A stretch of DNA of 64,000 nucleotides from an uncultured Fimbriimonadaceae bacterium (GCA_964451255.1 CAYVHL010000001.1:1161252-1225251), one strand, 5' to 3'; shown: positions 52,792 to 62,665, counted from the stretch's first letter. A program made the numbers and translations. Notes: generated from the letters alone by a model not told the origin.

Positions 52792-54363
52792 ATGAGGTTC
52801 ACCAGGCACTTCGCCGTAAAGAAGACATCACAGTCCCGGCCCGTGCCGGGAAAGGGACAGGCCGCCAACTCAGCGGGCGGCTTCGTGTTCGAGGTCGACG
52901 AGTGGAAACTGCTCGACCGATTTCTGACACTGGGCACCGAGGGGGGCACCTACTACATCAGCGAGCAGGACTTGACCATGGAGCAGGCGCAGAACGCGTT
53001 GGCCCTCGTCAAGAGCCAGGGCGAGAAGGTCGTCGAAAGGGTCGCCCAGGTCAGCCGCTCGGGGAGATCCCCTAAGGCCGACCCAGGGTTGTTCGTTCTC
53101 GCGATGGCCGCCTCGTTCGGGGAACTCGAGACCCGACGCGCGGCGTTCGCCGCGTTGCCCAAGGTCGCGCGCACCGGCACGCATCTGTTCCAGTTCGTCG
53201 CCGAGTGCGAGCGACTGCGTGGATGGGGCAGGGCCATGCGCACGGCCGTCGGGCGTTGGTACAACGAAGCCGACGCGGGCGACGTCGCCTACCAGGCGAT
53301 GAAGTACCAGCAGCGCGGCGGCTGGGGCCATCGCGACCTGTTGCGCCTCGCCCACCCTAAGCCGGTGGACGAAGCCCACAAGGTGGTCTACAAGTGGATC
53401 GTCGACGGCGAGTTGATCGGGCCGCAGCCTCGCATCGAAGCCTTTGAGCGCTTGAAGAGGACGGCAGAGGCGACCGAGGCGGCCAGGCTCGTCAGCGAGT
53501 TCGACCTGCCCCGCGAATGTGTTCCCAGCCAGTTGCTCAACAGCCCTGAAGTGTGGGACGCCCTGCTGGCCAATATGCCGATGACGGCGATGGTCCGCAA
53601 CCTGGGCAATATGTCCAAGGTCGGGCTGCTTACCGTCGGGTCGGACGCCTCGAAGGAGGTCGTGCGTCGGCTGGGTGACCTCAAGAGGCTGAAGGCGGCG
53701 CGTGTCCACCCGGTCGCGTTGCTGATGGCGCTCAAGGTCTATCGGCAGGGGCACGGGTTGCGCGGCTCGGGCCAATGGGAAGCCGTCCCCGCTGTGGTCG
53801 ACGCCCTGGACGCCGCCTTCTACAAGGCGTTTGAGACCGTCGAGCCAAGCGGGAAGCGGTTCGTGCTGGGCATCGACGTCTCCAGTTCAATGGCATGGTC
53901 GACCGTGGCGGGGACGCCGCTCACCGCATGCGAGGCGGCGACCACGATGGCCATGGTGACGCTGGCGGCCGAGGAAGAAGTGAGCCCGATGGCGTTCGCG
54001 GACGAGTTCCGCAAGGTACCGCTGTCGAAGCGCATGAGCCTGGACGACGCGATGCGCCACACCCAGGCACGGAACTTCGGCGGCACCGACTGCGCGTTGC
54101 CCATGTTGTGGGCGATGAAGAACAAGGTCAAGGCGGACGCCTTCGTCGTCTACACGGACAACGAGACTTGGTTCGGTGAGACCCACCCGTTCCAAGCGTT
54201 ACAAGAATATCGACAGAGGACCGGGATCCCGGCCAAGTTGGCTGTCGTGGGGATGTGTGCCAACCGGTTCACCGTCGCCGACCCGTCCGACCCCGGCATG
54301 CTGGACTTCGTCGGCTTCGACGCCGCGGTTCCTCAAGCTCTACGGGAGTTTGTGACCGCATAG
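52792..54363 (+). CDS. rsr: Ro 60-kDa autoantigen orthologue (Rsr; TROVE + vWA domains)
   Basis: 523 aa. N-terminal TROVE region (GGFVFEVDEWKLLDRFLTLGTEGGTYYISEQ) and a C-terminal vWA with MIDAS motif GIDVSSSM. GAAGGAG RBS upstream. Confidence 0.92.
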   Translation: MRFTRHFAVKKTSQSRPVPGKGQAANSAGGFVFEVDEWKLLDRFLTLGTEGGTYYISEQDLTMEQAQNALALVKSQGEKVVERVAQVSRSGRSPKADPGLFVLAMAASFGELETRRAAFAALPKVARTGTHLFQFVAECERLRGWGRAMRTAVGRWYNEADAGDVAYQAMKYQQRGGWGHRDLLRLAHPKPVDEAHKVVYKWIVDGELIGPQPRIEAFERLKRTAEATEAARLVSEFDLPRECVPSQLLNSPEVWDALLANMPMTAMVRNLGNMSKVGLLTVGSDASKEVVRRLGDLKRLKAARVHPVALLMALKVYRQGHGLRGSGQWEAVPAVVDALDAAFYKAFETVEPSGKRFVLGIDVSSSMAWSTVAGTPLTACEAATTMAMVTLAAEEEVSPMAFADEFRKVPLSKRMSLDDAMRHTQARNFGGTDCALPMLWAMKNKVKADAFVVYTDNETWFGETHPFQALQEYRQRTGIPAKLAVVGMCANRFTVADPSDPGMLDFVGFDAAVPQALREFVTA

Positions 54364-54367
54364 GCGA

Positions 54368-54398
54368 GGTGGCCGTCAGCGAGACGCTTTCGGCCACC
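54368..54398 (+). terminator. hairpin just after the rsr stop (weak terminator candidate)
   Basis: GGTGGCCG (54368-54375) / CGGCCACC (54391-54398), an 8-bp stem with a 15-nt loop and no U-tract. Confidence 0.3.
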
Positions 54399-54569
54399 AG
54401 ACTGCCAGAGAATCCTTGCAGGCACTCGTTCTGGGCTAAAGCTGAGAATACTCATAGCTTCATGTCTAACCGTTACGGGAGTTTGGGTCGAACCAAGTTG
54501 CCTCGTATCATATTTGTGGAGAGGACGTTCTTTGAGACGTCGCTGACTTCATCCGAGAGAGGAATCAAA

Positions 54570-55214
54570 ATGACACGCACTGCACTTGTTCTCGTGCTAG
54601 CAACGGCCGGGTTTGCCTGTCAGGCAAACGCAGTCGAATTGCTGAGCAACGGTGGCTTCGAAAGCGAACCCAATTGGGGTGGCGGGATCAGCCATGACGG
54701 CGGCTATACGGCGTTCACGGGCACCGACATCCCTGGCTGGATCGTCGCGGACGGTCATGCCGCCACCATCCATAACCACGTCTACCCGTGGATCAGCGGT
54801 TCGTACAGCCTGAACACAGACGGGGAGGGCTACAACAGCCACAACGTTGACATCTACCAAGACTTCACACCTGACGCGGGCTCCCTCAACACGCTGACCT
54901 ACGCCTGGAAGGTCTGGTACATCAACGCGGTTCCGCGATTGGACGTCTCGGTGACCGACCTGACCGACTCGAGCGTGCTCTATCACGGCAACTTCGGCCA
55001 ACCGGACTTACTTCTCCACAACGAGTCGTCGAATTTTGTCGGCAACGGCCACACCCTGCGCCTGGAGATCAAAGAGTCTCCCGAGACCGGTCTGAACGAC
55101 AACGCGTTCATTGCCGATGACTTCAGCGTCCAGTCGGAAGCTGTCCCCGAACCGTTTTCGATCGTAGGTCTGGCTCTGGCCGGCGCCTTGGCCGCAAGGC
55201 GTCGTAAAGCTTGA
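54570..55214 (+). CDS. PEP-CTERM sorting-domain protein with DUF642/CBM-like N-terminal domain
   Basis: ORF 54255..55214 trimmed to the ATG at 54570 (MTRTALVLVLATAGFACQANA, GAGAGAGG upstream). ELLSNGGFE motif and C-terminal VPEPFSIVGLALAGALAARRRKA. Confidence 0.8.
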   Translation: MTRTALVLVLATAGFACQANAVELLSNGGFESEPNWGGGISHDGGYTAFTGTDIPGWIVADGHAATIHNHVYPWISGSYSLNTDGEGYNSHNVDIYQDFTPDAGSLNTLTYAWKVWYINAVPRLDVSVTDLTDSSVLYHGNFGQPDLLLHNESSNFVGNGHTLRLEIKESPETGLNDNAFIADDFSVQSEAVPEPFSIVGLALAGALAARRRKA

Positions 55215-55228
55215 TCGGAAAGGACTGT

Positions 55229-55250
55229 GCCGGGGCGACCTCGCCCCGGC
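55229..55250. terminator. GC-rich hairpin between convergent genes
   Basis: GCCGGGGCG (55229-55237), loop ACCT, CGCCCCGGC (55242-55250): a perfect 9-bp stem with no clear U-tract. Confidence 0.45.
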
Positions 55251-55289
55251 AAGACCAGCTTGTGTCATGACCTACCATTGTGGGCGGGC

Positions 55290-55496
55290 TCAGTTCGCGT
55301 ATGGGTGGGACTTGAGGCTGAACGTCAACTCGCGCTCTAGGCCGAGGCCGTTGATCTGCGACAGGTGGACCTTGCGCAAGTCGGGGTTGACCAGCAGGCG
55401 TCGGAGGTAGGCGTTCAGTTCCTCGGCCTCCTCACGCGACAGGACGATGTCAACGTCGGTCAGGCTCTTACCGCTTTCGTAGTCCCTGATCTCCAT
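55290..55496 (-). CDS. small hypothetical protein (68 aa)
   Basis: MEIRDYESGKSLTDVDIVLSREEAEELNAYLRRLL... The composition looks like a real protein, and GAGGG lies about 11 nt upstream. I recognised no family. Confidence 0.4.
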   Translation of the reverse strand: MEIRDYESGKSLTDVDIVLSREEAEELNAYLRRLLVNPDLRKVHLSQINGLGLERELTFSLKSHPYAN

Positions 55497-55710
55497 GGTG
55501 TTTGCGCCCTCTGAGGGTCGGCCCGTCTACAACCCCACTACCGTCACCAGACGCACCGATCGTTCCCGGGTTCGGCACGGCTAGGCCTCTCAGATGATCG
55601 GACGACCACGGGCGGGACACGAGAAAGTCCAGTAATGGCACGGGCAGGCCGACACCATGGCCGGTGAGTCAGCGGGTCCGTGCCTGAAAACCTGGATCCC
55701 TTGCGCTGGC

Positions 55711-56847
55711 CTATCCGTCGCGCAAGCTCGGGTCGTAGGACGGGTAGCTACCGAGCACGACGGTCTCCATAGCCTCTTCCCGGATCTCCGCCAGGGCGGC
55801 GGCGACGTGGGGTTCGGTGTGGTGCCCCCCACAGTCGACATAGAAGATGTACTCGAACGCCGCCCTTTGGGCCGGACGGGACTCGATCATCAGCAGGTTC
55901 ACGCCGTGCTTGTCAAAGGAACCCAGCACGCGGTAGAGCTCACCTGGCTTGTTCCTCAAGTTGAACATGAGCGTCGTCTTGTCCGAACCGCTGGGTGCGG
56001 GTTCGTTGTGGCCAAGGACCACGAACCTTGTCCGGTTGTTGCTCAGGTCCTCGATGTGTTCGGCGAGGATGTCGAGGTCGTAGGCCTCCAGGCACAGACG
56101 GTTGGCGATCGCCGCGCCACTGGTGTCGTCCACCGCGCGCTCGGCTGCCCGGGCCGTGGGCACGACGTCGATGACTTCGGCGTGAGGTAGGTGCTCGCCT
56201 AACCAACGTCGGCACTGGGCAGCGGGTTGCGGCCCAGCGAACACGTGGGTCACCTCAGCCAAGGACTTGGCGCGTGACCCCAGATGGTGATGGACATTGA
56301 TAAACGTCTCAGCGCAAATTTTGACGTTAGTCACAGGAAACATGTCCAGCGTCTCGGGAATGACGCCGGCCGTCGAGTTCTCGATCGGGGCGAGGCCATA
56401 GTCGGCCTGGCCGTGGTCGACGGACAGGAAGACGTCCCGAATAGAGTCGACGGGCAGGAGTTCCACACTTCGTCCGAATGTCTCGACGACCGCTTGGTGG
56501 CTGTAGGTGCCGACGGGGCCCCAGAAGGCGACGGTCAAGACACGTTCGGCCGCTCTCCCCGCCGAGATGATCTCTCGGAAAATGGCCACGAGTTGCGTGT
56601 TCTTGAGCGGCGCGACGTCCAGCGAAGAAAGACGCTCGTAGATCTGCCGCTCGCGTTCAGGAGTGAAGAACGGCCTTTTGTCGCCGCCCTTGATCCGGCC
56701 GACCTCCTGCGTCAGGTCTGTCCGACGCTTCAAGCAACGCACGATTTCCGCGTCGACGGCGTCGATGTCGGCGCGGACCTCTTCCAGCGTCCTTTGGCCC
56801 CGTTCGTCCACAAATTGGATTATGGCGCGGCCCGACTGCCGCCTCAA
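55711..56847 (-). CDS. pheA: bifunctional chorismate mutase / prephenate dehydratase (P-protein)
   Basis: 378 aa. N-terminal CM_2 helices (LEEVRADIDAVDAEIVRCLKRR), PDT domain (VAFWGPVGTYSHQA) and ACT domain with the ESRP motif (LMIESRPA). Confidence 0.93.
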   Translation of the reverse strand: MRRQSGRAIIQFVDERGQRTLEEVRADIDAVDAEIVRCLKRRTDLTQEVGRIKGGDKRPFFTPERERQIYERLSSLDVAPLKNTQLVAIFREIISAGRAAERVLTVAFWGPVGTYSHQAVVETFGRSVELLPVDSIRDVFLSVDHGQADYGLAPIENSTAGVIPETLDMFPVTNVKICAETFINVHHHLGSRAKSLAEVTHVFAGPQPAAQCRRWLGEHLPHAEVIDVVPTARAAERAVDDTSGAAIANRLCLEAYDLDILAEHIEDLSNNRTRFVVLGHNEPAPSGSDKTTLMFNLRNKPGELYRVLGSFDKHGVNLLMIESRPAQRAAFEYIFYVDCGGHHTEPHVAAALAEIREEAMETVVLGSYPSYDPSLRDG

Positions 56848-56855
56848 TCACCCCG

Positions 56856-57710
56856 TTGTCGGTTAGACTGGGACGCAGTTTGAACGAAGCCCTAAACGGC
56901 CTTCGCATACGCCTTTCTGGCCTTTGGAGCCCGGCAGACGCGCTGATCAACTGGATCGACATCCTGCTGGTCAGCTTCATCCTGTACCGGCTCCTCAAGC
57001 TCGTGCGGGGCAAGCGGGCGTGGCGGATCCTGGCCGGAGCGGGCATTTTCGTCGTCGCCTTGGTGGTGAGCGACTGGGTTCATCTGAGGACCCTCAACTT
57101 CATCTTGGTGAAGGCGACAGTTTTGGCCCCCGTCGCCTTGGTCGTCCTGTTTCTCCCCGAACTGAGACAGGCGTTGGAGGGCTTCGCACGGTTGGGCTTC
57201 TGGAACGAGCGCCTTACCGCGCGGTTCCTCTCGAACAGCCCCTTTCCGACACAACCGAGGCTGGAAGACATCGTCCAAGCGGTCGACACTTTGGCCAAGG
57301 CCCACACGGGCGCGCTCATCGTCGTCGAGAGGACGGCCCGTCTTGACGACATCATCGGGAACGGCATCCCGGTGAACGCCCTCGTCACCTCCACGTTGCT
57401 TGAGGCGATGTTTTATGGCGAGAACCCGTTCCACGACGGCGCGGCAGTGATCCGTGGCGACCAAGTCGTGGCCGCTGGTTGCCGTCTGCCGTTGAGCGAG
57501 AGCTCCACGGTCGACCGGACCAAGCACATGCGCCATCGGGCCGGCTTAGGCATCAGTGAGGTGGCCGACTGCCTGGTCATCATCGTCAGCGAGGAACGGG
57601 GCAAGATCAGCGTGGCGCTAGAAGGGAAGCTCACCGAAGTGCAGCACATCCAAGATTTGCGCGCGATGCTCCGTCAAGAGATGTCGGTTGACAAGGAGCA
57701 AGAGGCATGA
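56856..57710 (+). CDS. cdaA: diadenylate cyclase CdaA
   Basis: 284 aa with a TTG start. Three N-terminal TM helices and a DAC domain with HDGAAVI and RHRAGLG motifs. Confidence 0.92.
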   Translation: MSVRLGRSLNEALNGLRIRLSGLWSPADALINWIDILLVSFILYRLLKLVRGKRAWRILAGAGIFVVALVVSDWVHLRTLNFILVKATVLAPVALVVLFLPELRQALEGFARLGFWNERLTARFLSNSPFPTQPRLEDIVQAVDTLAKAHTGALIVVERTARLDDIIGNGIPVNALVTSTLLEAMFYGENPFHDGAAVIRGDQVVAAGCRLPLSESSTVDRTKHMRHRAGLGISEVADCLVIIVSEERGKISVALEGKLTEVQHIQDLRAMLRQEMSVDKEQEA

Positions 57711-58621
57711 GGCGGAACGACATGTTTCTGTACCTCTTTTCCTTTGTAATCACGCTCTTGGTCTGGTTGTATCTCGCCGACCCGGCAAGGACCGAAGAGA
57801 GAAACGTCACGCTCACCATCAGGCTGGCCCCCGGTATGGCGGTCGTGTATCCCCAGGAGACAGTGCCGGTGATGGTCACTGGCACCGCCACCTCGATGGC
57901 CCGCCTGAAGGCTGACGACCTCAAGGCCTCTGTCGATGTGACCGGCGTGACGACGGAGGGCGTGGCAGATGCCAGCGTCCATGTGACGGGGCCAAGCAGT
58001 CTGAACCTGACCTACACGCCCAAGCAACCCCATATGCGTCTCTCCTTGGAAAAGGAGAAGTCCCGGATCCTCCCGGTGGAGTTCGACCGGCCCGGGCTGA
58101 ACGGCGAGACCGCGACCACCGTGCCACCGACCGTCAAAGTGACCGGCCCGCACTCCGTCGTCGAAAGAGTGATGCGTGCCGTGGTGGACTATGACTTGGG
58201 CAGGTCGGCGTCCGAGCAGGCCATCCAGTGGGAAGTCCACCTGCTTGCCCGGGATCGCGAGGCCATAACCACGTTGGCGATCGACCCCAAGACTGTTCAA
58301 GTCGACACGAACTCGATCAGCTTGGCGCCGCGTCTGCTGACCGTGTCTCCCGTTATTCACGGCAAACCTGCCGACGGATACACGATGGTCAGCACCGACG
58401 TCGTGCCGATCAGGCTGAGCGCAAGGTTGTCCCCGGCCCAAGCTTCGGTCATCTCGGCACTGTTCACAAAGGAAGTGAACATCGAGGGTGCGAAGGCAGA
58501 CGTGCAACAGACGGTCGAAGTCGTCGTCCCAGAGGGGGTTCGCGTCATCGGGCCGACGGCCGTCTCTGTCACCGTCCGAATCGTGAAGGTTCCGGGGACG
58601 GACAAGAAGGGCAAGCCTTGA
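57707..58621 (+). CDS. cdaR: CdaA regulatory protein CdaR (YbbR-like repeats)
   Basis: 304 aa. N-terminal TM helix and repeated YbbR-type beta modules. Its ATG overlaps the cdaA stop. Confidence 0.85.
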   Translation: MRRNDMFLYLFSFVITLLVWLYLADPARTEERNVTLTIRLAPGMAVVYPQETVPVMVTGTATSMARLKADDLKASVDVTGVTTEGVADASVHVTGPSSLNLTYTPKQPHMRLSLEKEKSRILPVEFDRPGLNGETATTVPPTVKVTGPHSVVERVMRAVVDYDLGRSASEQAIQWEVHLLARDREAITTLAIDPKTVQVDTNSISLAPRLLTVSPVIHGKPADGYTMVSTDVVPIRLSARLSPAQASVISALFTKEVNIEGAKADVQQTVEVVVPEGVRVIGPTAVSVTVRIVKVPGTDKKGKP

Positions 58622-59394
58622 TCGAATGCCGCCCCATCACCCGTGGGGCCGAGGAGGAGGCCTTCCTGACCGTGCTTTGCAAGGTCTTTGACCTGGAGAT
58701 AGAACGGGCACGGGTCGTCTTTTTCAACGAGCCGTTCTTCGACCTCGGGCGTAAATGGGCGCTGTTTGAGGACGGGCGCATCGCGACGATCCTCACCACC
58801 GCCCCGTTGGAGTTCGGATGGGGAAGGGCGGTCGGCATCGCCGGTGTGGGCACCTTGCCGGAATCGCGGATGCGGGGGCACGCGACCAGGCTGGTCGCGG
58901 AAGCCTTAGACAAGGCCTCCCGAGACCGGGAAGGTGCCGCATTGCTTTTCGCGAACAGCCCGCGCGTATATGAGCGGGCTGGGTTCACCGTCTTGGACGA
59001 AGTCGTTCGGTGCGACCTTGCCTACCAACGGAACCAGCCGCCCGCCGAGGCCCTGACCAATGATGAGGTCCGGGAAACCTACGGCAAATGGGCGGAAGGT
59101 GACGACGACCGTTTGCGCCGTGACGACCGCCGTTGGCGTTACTGGGAGTGGGTGTCGCGGCCGTGCGAACCCTACGGCGGAGGCTATATCTGCCATGAGG
59201 CCATGCTCTGTCGCGAAGCGGTGGTCTACACACGGGAAGACGCCTGGCCGGTGATGCCGGGTAGCCAATGGACGGGACTGAAGTCAATGACCTCTCGGCT
59301 CGGCGTGCCCGCCGGCCCTCCGCGCCATGAGCTGTGGCTCATGGGGCGCGGATTCCCGCGGGTGCCGCAGATGTTTATGACGGACCAGTTCTGA
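58618..59394 (+). CDS. GNAT-family N-acetyltransferase (Eis-like architecture)
   Basis: ORF 58228..59394 trimmed to the TTG at 58618, which overlaps the cdaR stop. The first 130 codons of the long ORF are Arg-rich and overlap cdaR. The acetyl-CoA-binding-like segment is GIAGVGTLPESRMRGHATRLVAEAL. Confidence 0.65.
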   Translation: MIECRPITRGAEEEAFLTVLCKVFDLEIERARVVFFNEPFFDLGRKWALFEDGRIATILTTAPLEFGWGRAVGIAGVGTLPESRMRGHATRLVAEALDKASRDREGAALLFANSPRVYERAGFTVLDEVVRCDLAYQRNQPPAEALTNDEVRETYGKWAEGDDDRLRRDDRRWRYWEWVSRPCEPYGGGYICHEAMLCREAVVYTREDAWPVMPGSQWTGLKSMTSRLGVPAGPPRHELWLMGRGFPRVPQMFMTDQF

Positions 59395-59407
59395 GACATT
59401 GGGCGCT

Positions 59408-59426
59408 TTGCACTTTTTAAGTGCAA
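59408..59426. repeat. AT-rich inverted repeat TTGCACTT-TTT-AAGTGCAA (terminator or operator candidate)
   Basis: Perfect 8-bp arms, 14 nt after the GNAT stop and about 100 nt upstream of the next gene. Confidence 0.5.
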
Positions 59427-59522
59427 GTTGTGCCTGGTGATCTTGCCTGGTCAGGTTCAAAATGTTTGCCGTCAACAACTGGCTCAGTTTGGTTTAGCCT
59501 CAAAACTGGCTACACTGAACGT

Positions 59523-62500
59523 ATGCAGTTCAGACTGGGACGGGTCGCGACGTTGGCGGGAAGCGCGGGTGCCCTCGCAGTTGCCGTCGCAGTACCCACG
59601 AGCCAGCGGGCGAAGGCTCCGAAGGTCGAGTTCAACCGCGACGTCCGGGTGATCCTGTCCAACTGCATGGCGTGCCACGGCCCGAGTTCAGGGGAGGGCA
59701 TGGGCGGCCTCCGTCTCGACGCGTTCGACACCGCCACCAAGACCCTGCCCGACGGCAAGCGGGCGATCGTGCCGGGGAAGCCTGGCGAGAGCGAGCTCCT
59801 GAAACGGGTCGAATCGAAAGACCCTGGCTACATGATGCCGCCTCCGGAGTCGCACAAGACGGTCTCCAAGGATCAGATCCAAACCTTGCGCGACTGGATC
59901 GCGGAAGGCGCCCAGTACAAGGAGCATTGGGCGTTCGTCAAACCCGTCCGCCCCGCCTTGCCCGAGGTCCAGGACAAGAACTGGCCCAAGAACGACATCG
60001 ACTACTTTGTCCTCGCCAACCTTGAGAGCCACGGCCTGAAACCGGAGCCCGAGGCCGACAGGGCGACCCTGATCCGTCGCGTGTCCCTGGACTTGACCGG
60101 GCTTCCGCCGACCCCGGGCGAAGTCGAAGCTTTCGTCAACGACCAGTCGCCGAAGGCATACGAAAAGGTCGTCGACCGACTGCTCGCCTCGCCCCGGTAC
60201 GGGGAACGCATGGCGATGGATTGGATGGACTACTCCCGCTATGCGGACAGCAACGGCTATCAAGCGGACTACGAGCGATACCAGTCGCGATGGCGCGATT
60301 GGGTGATCGACGCCTTCAACAAGAACATGCCGTACGACGAGTTCACGGTGGACCAGATCGCCGGCGACCTCCTGCCCCACGCGACGATGGAACAGCGGCT
60401 GGCCACCGGGTTCAACCGCAACCACCGGATCAACACGGAAGGCGGGGTCATCCCCGAAGAGTGGCGGGTCGAGACGGTCATCGACCGCGTCGACACGACG
60501 TCGGCCATCTGGCTCGGCCTCACGGTCGGCTGCGCCCGGTGCCACGACCACAAGTTCGACCCGGTGAGCCAGAAGGACTTCTATCGGCTCTTCGCGTTTT
60601 TCAACAATGTCCCCGAATCCGGCACGGGCGTCGAACGGCCAGTCAACCATCCGCCGGTCATGGACGCGCCGACTCCGGCCCAGACGGCGAAAATGGCCCA
60701 TTACGACCGGGCGATCAAGGAACTGGGCGCCTGGTTGGACAAGGAAGCAGCCAAGCGAGAGGATGTCGCCGCCGATTGGCGGCCAAAGAACCTCCTCGGG
60801 GCCGTCACAAACGGCCTGGTGGAACGGTTCGCTTTCACCAAGGGCGGTAGCAAGGCGGGGTCGAACAATGGCGGCGTGGCCTATGAGCCGGGACGGGCGA
60901 CGGGGGCCGTCGTCACTGACGACAAGTCGTTCGTCGATCTCGGAGGCGTCGCCGACTTTGAGCGCGACCAACCGTTCAGCTTTTCGCTGTGGATCAAGCC
61001 CAAGAACGGTGAGGGCTCCCCCCTGTCCCGCATGGATTCGAACGACGCTTTCCGGGGTTGGGAGTGTTCGCTCAGCGACGGCCGACCGCAAGCCCATATC
61101 ATCAACAAATGGCCGGACAACGCCGTCAAGGTCTCCGCGAAAGACGTAAAGCTACCTAACGACCGGTGGAGCCACCTCGTCGTCACATACGACGGTTCGT
61201 CCAAGGCTGCCGGAATGAAGATGTACGTGGACGGCCAGCCGGTCGCCGTCAACGTCGACAACGACAACCTGAACCAGACCGTTCGAACCAAGGTCACGAC
61301 CAAGGTCGGCCGACGTACGAACAGCGAGACCTTCACCGGCGCCGTGGACGACGTCGCTATCTTCAACCGAGTGTTGACGCCGGAAGAAGCCGCCACCTTA
61401 GCCTCCACGTCTCCCGCTCTACCGTTGGTCTCGATCGACAAGGGTAAGCGCACTCCTAGCCAGCGGCTCGACTTGGCCCGCTACTACTGTCTGGCCCATG
61501 ACGACCAGTTCGCGGCTCGTGACAGGCAACGGGCGGACGTGGCCGCGCGAAGGGAAGAACTCAAAGCGGAGATTCCTAACGTGATGGTCATGGAAGAGAT
61601 GCCGAAGCCGCGTGACTGCTACGTCCTTGTTCGGGGCCAATACGACAAGCACGGTGAGAAAGTGACGGCCGGGCTACCGTCATTCCTGCCGCCGATGCCC
61701 AAGGGGCAGCCTGAGAACCGGCTCGGTCTGGCGAGGTGGATCGTCTCCCCGGACAACCCGCTCACAGCCCGTGTCACCGTCAACCGCATGTGGGCGCGTT
61801 TCTTCGGGGCCGGGATCGTGGGGACGATCGAAGATTTCGGCACAAGAGCGGACTACCCGAACAACCCTGAACTCCTTGATTGGCTTGCGACCGAGTTCCT
61901 GCGGCTCAAATGGGATCTCAAGGGGATGATGAAGGAGATCGCCATGAGCGCCTCCTATCGCCAATCCTCGAACATCACCGCCGAGAAACTCGAGGCAGAC
62001 CCTGAGAATAAGATGATCTGTCGTGGGCCACGGTTCAGGTTGCAAGGCGAGGTCATTCGCGACCAGGCCCTTTTTGTCAGCGGGCTGCTGGTCGAAAAGC
62101 TAGGCGGCCCGTCCGTCCGGCCCTATATGCCGCCTGGCATCTGGGACGAGACAAACATGTATGGGAACCTCCGCGATTACAAGCACGACATCGGGCCCGG
62201 GCTCTATCGCCGAAGCCTTTACACGATCTGGAAGCGCACCGCCGCCCCGCCAAACATGCTCTTGTTCGACGTGCCGTCACGCGAGACCTGCCGGATGATG
62301 CGGGCGAGGACGGACACGCCGCTCCAGGCCCTTACTCTGATGAACGACGAGACGTACATCGAAGCGGCACGTGTTCTGGCGCAGAGAATGCTCAAGGAAG
62401 GGGGGTCGACGCCGGAGTCGCGCCTGACCTACGGGTTCCAACTGGTCATGTGCCGCAAACCGACGGACGCGGAGGTCAAGTTGCTCGCCGACGGAGTGGC

Positions 62501-62663
62501 TAAGAGGGCCGAGAAATTCCGGGCAGACCCTGCCGCAGAAGCCGGCATCCTCGGTGAAGGCGTCTCCCCAGTCCCCGACAAGTTGGACAAGTCTGAGCTT
62601 GCCGCTTACACCATAGCGGCCAGCGCGTTGCTCAACACCGACGAAGCGATCACAAAGGAGTAA
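59523..62663 (+). CDS. PSCyt1/DUF1549/LamG/DUF1553 (PSD1) multi-domain protein
   Basis: ORF 59421..62663 trimmed to the ATG at 59523 (MQFRLGRVATLAGSAGALAVAVA signal). CMACHG (CxxCH) and CARCHDHKFDP motifs. LamG-like insert (WSHLVVTYDG...VDDVAIFNRVLT). Confidence 0.9.
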   Translation: MQFRLGRVATLAGSAGALAVAVAVPTSQRAKAPKVEFNRDVRVILSNCMACHGPSSGEGMGGLRLDAFDTATKTLPDGKRAIVPGKPGESELLKRVESKDPGYMMPPPESHKTVSKDQIQTLRDWIAEGAQYKEHWAFVKPVRPALPEVQDKNWPKNDIDYFVLANLESHGLKPEPEADRATLIRRVSLDLTGLPPTPGEVEAFVNDQSPKAYEKVVDRLLASPRYGERMAMDWMDYSRYADSNGYQADYERYQSRWRDWVIDAFNKNMPYDEFTVDQIAGDLLPHATMEQRLATGFNRNHRINTEGGVIPEEWRVETVIDRVDTTSAIWLGLTVGCARCHDHKFDPVSQKDFYRLFAFFNNVPESGTGVERPVNHPPVMDAPTPAQTAKMAHYDRAIKELGAWLDKEAAKREDVAADWRPKNLLGAVTNGLVERFAFTKGGSKAGSNNGGVAYEPGRATGAVVTDDKSFVDLGGVADFERDQPFSFSLWIKPKNGEGSPLSRMDSNDAFRGWECSLSDGRPQAHIINKWPDNAVKVSAKDVKLPNDRWSHLVVTYDGSSKAAGMKMYVDGQPVAVNVDNDNLNQTVRTKVTTKVGRRTNSETFTGAVDDVAIFNRVLTPEEAATLASTSPALPLVSIDKGKRTPSQRLDLARYYCLAHDDQFAARDRQRADVAARREELKAEIPNVMVMEEMPKPRDCYVLVRGQYDKHGEKVTAGLPSFLPPMPKGQPENRLGLARWIVSPDNPLTARVTVNRMWARFFGAGIVGTIEDFGTRADYPNNPELLDWLATEFLRLKWDLKGMMKEIAMSASYRQSSNITAEKLEADPENKMICRGPRFRLQGEVIRDQALFVSGLLVEKLGGPSVRPYMPPGIWDETNMYGNLRDYKHDIGPGLYRRSLYTIWKRTAAPPNMLLFDVPSRETCRMMRARTDTPLQALTLMNDETYIEAARVLAQRMLKEGGSTPESRLTYGFQLVMCRKPTDAEVKLLADGVAKRAEKFRADPAAEAGILGEGVSPVPDKLDKSELAAYTIAASALLNTDEAITKE

Positions 62664-62665
62664 AG

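Noticed and set aside
58228-58617. First 130 codons of ORF 58228..59394
   Set aside because: This part lies entirely inside cdaR in another frame and is Arg/Gly/His-rich. GNAT homology begins only at the TTG at 58618, which overlaps the cdaR stop.
59688-61097. Long antisense ORFs inside real genes (for example 59688..61097, 62606..63520, 52870..53775, 27057..28043, 26145..26942, 16509..17387, 33590..34393, 46328..47206)
   Set aside because: Each lies opposite a gene with clear family motifs. Each has Arg/Gly/Pro/Val-biased composition and no recognisable domain. This is the expected mirror-frame artefact of about 60% GC coding DNA.
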